From an uncultured Acidobacteriota bacterium (lineage in GTDB: Bacteria > Acidobacteriota > Vicinamibacteria > Vicinamibacterales > UBA2999): 64,000 nucleotides of DNA. This document shows positions 60,700 through 64,000 of the stretch, in pieces. The stretch is from positions 192,796-256,795 of the forward strand of contig CAWFEX010000011.1 of the NCBI GenBank assembly GCA_963814955.1. Reading direction: 5' to 3'. A program made the position numbers and the translations under genes. The notes under the pieces are model-generated. The model was given only the letters and a program-made list of their open reading frames with translations. It was not told the origin of the DNA and searched no databases. How positions within the stretch are numbered: position 1 is the stretch's first letter; each line of letters begins with the position of its first letter.

Positions 60700-61960
60700 T
60701 CTTCGAGGGTTCTCCACCTGGCCGCGATGCCGCCGGCCTGACGGACCTGATGGCCGCGTCACGCTACGCGGGCGGCGGCGGCACCTCCCGTGCGATCGCC
60801 CAGATGAATCCCGTGAGCTCGCGCGCAATCGCGGTCGCGACCTTCGGCTTCGCCTTGCCGCGCGCCACCAGCTTGCGAAAGCGTGACGTCAGGCGGAGCT
60901 GCGCTTTCCACGCGATGTCACAGACGGTCTTCGGCAACGCTTCTTGCCGGTACAGCATCTGCCGTCCGATCCGCGGCACGCCCTGATACGCCCACGCCGC
61001 TTCGGCGAGCAACCGTCGCGCATGCGGATTGCCCGCTTTGGTGATCCCGCCCCGGCGGACACTCGGCCCACTCGAGTATTCCGAGGGGACCAGGCCGAGG
61101 TACGCCATCAGCTCGCGCGGATGCGTGAAGCGGCGAATGTCGCCGACCTCGGTGACCAGACCCACGGCGGTGACAAACGACACGCCGCGCAGCGCCTGCA
61201 ACGCGTCCACCACCGGCGCCCAGCGCCACGCCGGCGTGAGCTGCCGGAGTTGGTCGGTGAGCCGCTCGACCCGGCGTTCGGTCTCGTCGATCGTGTCGCG
61301 GTACTCCTGCAGCGCGATGTGCTGCGGGGCGAGCGGGAAACTGAGATCGGCCAGCCAGCGGCGATACGGGCGCGTCCACCCGGCGCGTCCCGGATAGCGG
61401 CGACCCTGACGGAGCAAGAACGCTTTCAACCGATGCTTGGCTTGGGTGCTCAGGCCGACCGCGTCTTCGCGCGCGCGCACGAGGTCACGCAGGGCTTCAT
61501 CATCGGGCGTCGGAATGTAGATCGCCGTGAGCTCGCCGGCGCGATGCAACCGGGCCAACGCATCGCCATCGCGCCGATCGGTCTTGATCCGATCGCCGCT
61601 CCGTTTCGGCATGCTCGAGGGATTGACGACGACGCAGTCTTCGCCCTGGGCGGTGAGATAGCGGTGGATCCCAAACCCGCACGGGCCGGCCTCGTACACG
61701 AAGCGCAACCGACGGTTCGGCGCCCGCAGCGCCCGCACGACCTTGGCCACCGCCTCCAGGTCGCCGGGGATCACGCCGTAGTGGCGCACTTCGCCGTCGC
61801 GCCCCTCCTCGGCGAGCGAGACGTCGATCGATTCCTTGTGGACATCCATCCCCACGAACATGCTACGTTTCGCCATGACCTGCCTCCGTTGTATGTGGCT
61901 CTGCGCGTCGCCCTCATCGGCGTCGCGTAACCCACGATTTACTACGTGAGGCAGGTCTCT
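60700..61960 (-). mobile_element. IS110-family insertion sequence (ends not defined)
   Basis: Transposase gene plus flanking non-coding DNA. No terminal inverted repeats are visible, as is usual for the family, so the borders are a guess. Confidence 0.45.
60764..61876 (-). CDS. IS110 family transposase (DEDD N-domain plus Transposase_20 C-domain)
   Basis: MAKRSMFVGMDVHKESIDV start, YEAGPCGF and KTDRRDG. The C-terminal part has LMAYLGLVPSEYSSG...GGITKAGNPHARRLL. ATG at 61876 with GGAGG six nt upstream. Confidence 0.9.
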   Translation of the reverse strand: MAKRSMFVGMDVHKESIDVSLAEEGRDGEVRHYGVIPGDLEAVAKVVRALRAPNRRLRFVYEAGPCGFGIHRYLTAQGEDCVVVNPSSMPKRSGDRIKTDRRDGDALARLHRAGELTAIYIPTPDDEALRDLVRAREDAVGLSTQAKHRLKAFLLRQGRRYPGRAGWTRPYRRWLADLSFPLAPQHIALQEYRDTIDETERRVERLTDQLRQLTPAWRWAPVVDALQALRGVSFVTAVGLVTEVGDIRRFTHPRELMAYLGLVPSEYSSGPSVRRGGITKAGNPHARRLLAEAAWAYQGVPRIGRQMLYRQEALPKTVCDIAWKAQLRLTSRFRKLVARGKAKPKVATAIARELTGFIWAIAREVPPPPA

Positions 61961-62048
61961 GCTCCGACAGCCATACTGTCTAGGCCGATCACCGACGGTC
62001 CACGGCGACGGTGGCTCTCTGATTCTCGACACCGCGAGAAAGACCAGA

Positions 62049-63380
62049 ATGACCACAGTGCTTCAAGCCACTTCGTTCGCACGAGCTCGGAACGGACGGT
62101 CCTGGCTCGCGCGCACATCATGCATCGTCACACTGCTAGCGGCGCTGATCTTGATCTTCCGACCGGCCACGAACGCAGTCGCGCAGGGAGGCCCGCAGTG
62201 GTTCTCAGCGTGGACGGTGTCCCACAACGTTCGCGAGACAGCCCCCGCCCTCAGCAGCAGCACCGTGCGCATGATCGTCCGTCCGACGATCTCAGGCACT
62301 TCGTTGCGCATCAAGCTGGAGAACACGTTGGGGCAGGGCCCGGTGGCATTCTCGGGCGCGTTCATCGGTGTGGCGGACACGGGCGCGTCGGTGATGCCGA
62401 GCACGAACACTGAGCTGAGCTTCAACGGTGGTACCAGTCTCAACCTTGCACCGGGCGCGGGGGCGTGGAGCGACCCGGTGGCTCTTGACGTGAAGGCCTT
62501 CCAGCGGTTGGCGGTGAGTCTCAACGTCGCTTCGGCGTCTGACATCAGCACGCACACGCTAGGTCTGGCGACAAATTACTACGCTCCGGGCAGCCTCGGA
62601 GCCGAAGCCTCCGGCAGTGGCTTCATGCCCGTCCCACAACGGGCCTCCGGCACCATGGTCGACGCCTTCCCGTTCTACTGGCTTGCGGCAGTCGATGTCC
62701 TGTCGCCGTTGGTCTCCGGGACTATCGTGGCGTTCGGAGACTCGATCACCGATGGACGCTGCAGCACGACCGAGAACGACGTTGTGCTGCCCGACAAATA
62801 TCTGCGCTGGACGGACGTTCTGGCAGCGCGCCTGAACTCGCGACCTGCGAGTGAAATCAAGGCCATCGCCAACGAAGGCATTGCCGGCAACCGAATCGTG
62901 TCTGGTGGCAACGGTCCTCCGGGACTTGAACGGCTTGACCGCGACGTGCTCGAACGGGCGGGCGCAACTCATGTGATCTTCTTCGAGGGAACGAATGACA
63001 TCACCGGGGGCGCCACTGCCGCGCAGGTCATCGCCGCTACGCAGCAGATCATCGACCGCGTCCACGCGAAGGGTCTTTCGATTATCGGCGTGACTATCAT
63101 TCCGCGCGGCAGGCCTGTGCTAACGGGATGGACGCCGGACATGGAGGCGCAGCGGGTGGCTGTGAACGAGTGGATACGGACCCGAGCGAACTTCGACGCG
63201 ATCATTGATTTCGATGCGTTGTTGAAGGGCGGGCCCGTTTATGCCGGAAGTGAATCGATAAAGGCCGAGTTCAATTGCGACTACACGCATCCCAACGCTG
63301 CCGGGTACAAAGCCATGGGCGAGTTCATCGATCTTGGTCTGTTCAGAACCGGCGCTGCACGGACCAACGACCGTCGCTGA
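62049..63380 (+). CDS. Secreted SGNH/GDSL hydrolase family protein
   Basis: Signal peptide, block I FGDSITDG, block III GTND, and a block V region DYTHP. Confidence 0.8.
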   Translation: MTTVLQATSFARARNGRSWLARTSCIVTLLAALILIFRPATNAVAQGGPQWFSAWTVSHNVRETAPALSSSTVRMIVRPTISGTSLRIKLENTLGQGPVAFSGAFIGVADTGASVMPSTNTELSFNGGTSLNLAPGAGAWSDPVALDVKAFQRLAVSLNVASASDISTHTLGLATNYYAPGSLGAEASGSGFMPVPQRASGTMVDAFPFYWLAAVDVLSPLVSGTIVAFGDSITDGRCSTTENDVVLPDKYLRWTDVLAARLNSRPASEIKAIANEGIAGNRIVSGGNGPPGLERLDRDVLERAGATHVIFFEGTNDITGGATAAQVIAATQQIIDRVHAKGLSIIGVTIIPRGRPVLTGWTPDMEAQRVAVNEWIRTRANFDAIIDFDALLKGGPVYAGSESIKAEFNCDYTHPNAAGYKAMGEFIDLGLFRTGAARTNDRR

Positions 63381-63518
63381 GGGTGTCTCAGCACGAGGAA
63401 TGGTCGATCAGGTAAGCGTATGTTCGATCGGCAACAGCCTAACATGGCATGCAGCCGACGGCGCATGGCCCCGTTCGCGCCGCGACTGATACCAAGCGTT
63501 AGCCGGACACACTCAAAT

Positions 63519-64000
63519 GCAGCACATTCTCGAAGCACCATCAAGGAGGCGACGAGCGGAATTTCTGGCGGCGGTGTCGGGAGCCGTGACCTTCATCGAG
63601 GCCTGGTAACGCCACCCCGTACAGTCGAAGCGTTCGAGCGCTATCTTGCGCGACTGCGAGGACCGGCGCACATTGGATACTGGATCCGTACGAGCGAAGA
63701 CGAACTGGCCGGTGTCATCACCATCAGTGAGATCGTTCGGGGTGCATTCCAATCTGCATACCTTGGGTATCATGCCTTCGTGCCCCACAACGGGCACGGC
63801 CGCATGAGTCAGGGCTTCGGGCGGTCCTCGGCGAAGTGTTTCGAGTCCATCGGCTGCATCGGGTCGAAGCAACATTCAACCCGGCAATACGGCTTCGCGC
63901 GAATTAGTTCGTGGACTCGGATTCCGGCAAGAAGGCTTTTCGCCACGGTACCTCAAGGTTGGTGGTCGCTGGCGTGATCACGAGCGGTGGGCGCTCACGG
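63519..64000 (+). CDS. GNAT N-acetyltransferase (RimJ/RimL-like), frameshifted, runs off the window
   Basis: MQHILEAPS...AEFLAAV, then [22 protein letters not shown] in the next frame. Later, VEA(N)[41 protein letters not shown] is recovered by adding one A near 63870. Confidence 0.65.

Overview
High-GC bacterial chromosomal window with no rRNA and no CRISPR array. Phylum cannot be established from the sequence alone.

Layout:
(1) 0-5.6 kb: housekeeping genes (glpX, MFS, hflX, TPR lipoprotein, pgsA).
(2) 5.7-18.3 kb: exopolysaccharide cluster. It holds a priming polyprenyl-P sugar transferase, UDP-glucuronate decarboxylase, four GT4 and two GT2 glycosyltransferases, ugd, galE and an MsbA-like ABC exporter.
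(3) 18.4-27.7 kb: core genes (yicC-gmk-rpoZ-coaBC-udg, priA, M50 protease, HU/IHF, der, MerR).
(4) tRNA-Pro(GGG) at 27728-27804, followed by about 7.5 kb of degraded mobile-element DNA. This region holds a TnpB-like pseudogene, a Tat-secreted alpha/beta hydrolase, excisionase-type HTH remnants, four paralogous small zinc-ribbon ORFs, an RHH protein and a truncated tyrosine integrase.
(5) 35.3-55.6 kb: metabolic and housekeeping genes. These are an MBL-ComEA protein, an enolase-superfamily gene with tctCBA, a baeRF1-like release-factor homologue, tsaC/sua5, msrBA, an HD-GYP response regulator, moaA, an AmmeMemoRadiSam radical-SAM enzyme and surE.
(6) tRNA-Pro(CGG) at 55602-55678 carries a 4.45-kb integrase-less islet bounded by perfect 49-bp direct repeats. 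The islet encodes a SauUSI-like PLD-helicase-DUF3427 protein and a ParE toxin-antitoxin pair. Behind it lies an older element remnant (HTH_17 gene, IS110 transposase).

Major caveat: more than 20 single-base indels break otherwise well conserved genes, including essential ones. Several long 'fusion' ORFs in the supplied track are therefore artefacts, and novelty claims based on truncation or fusion must be treated cautiously.

Three short-repeat families are scattered through the window: GGGTCWGACCC palindromes, a ~40-bp hairpin REP, and TTTGACY tracts. One of them sits in frame inside priA.
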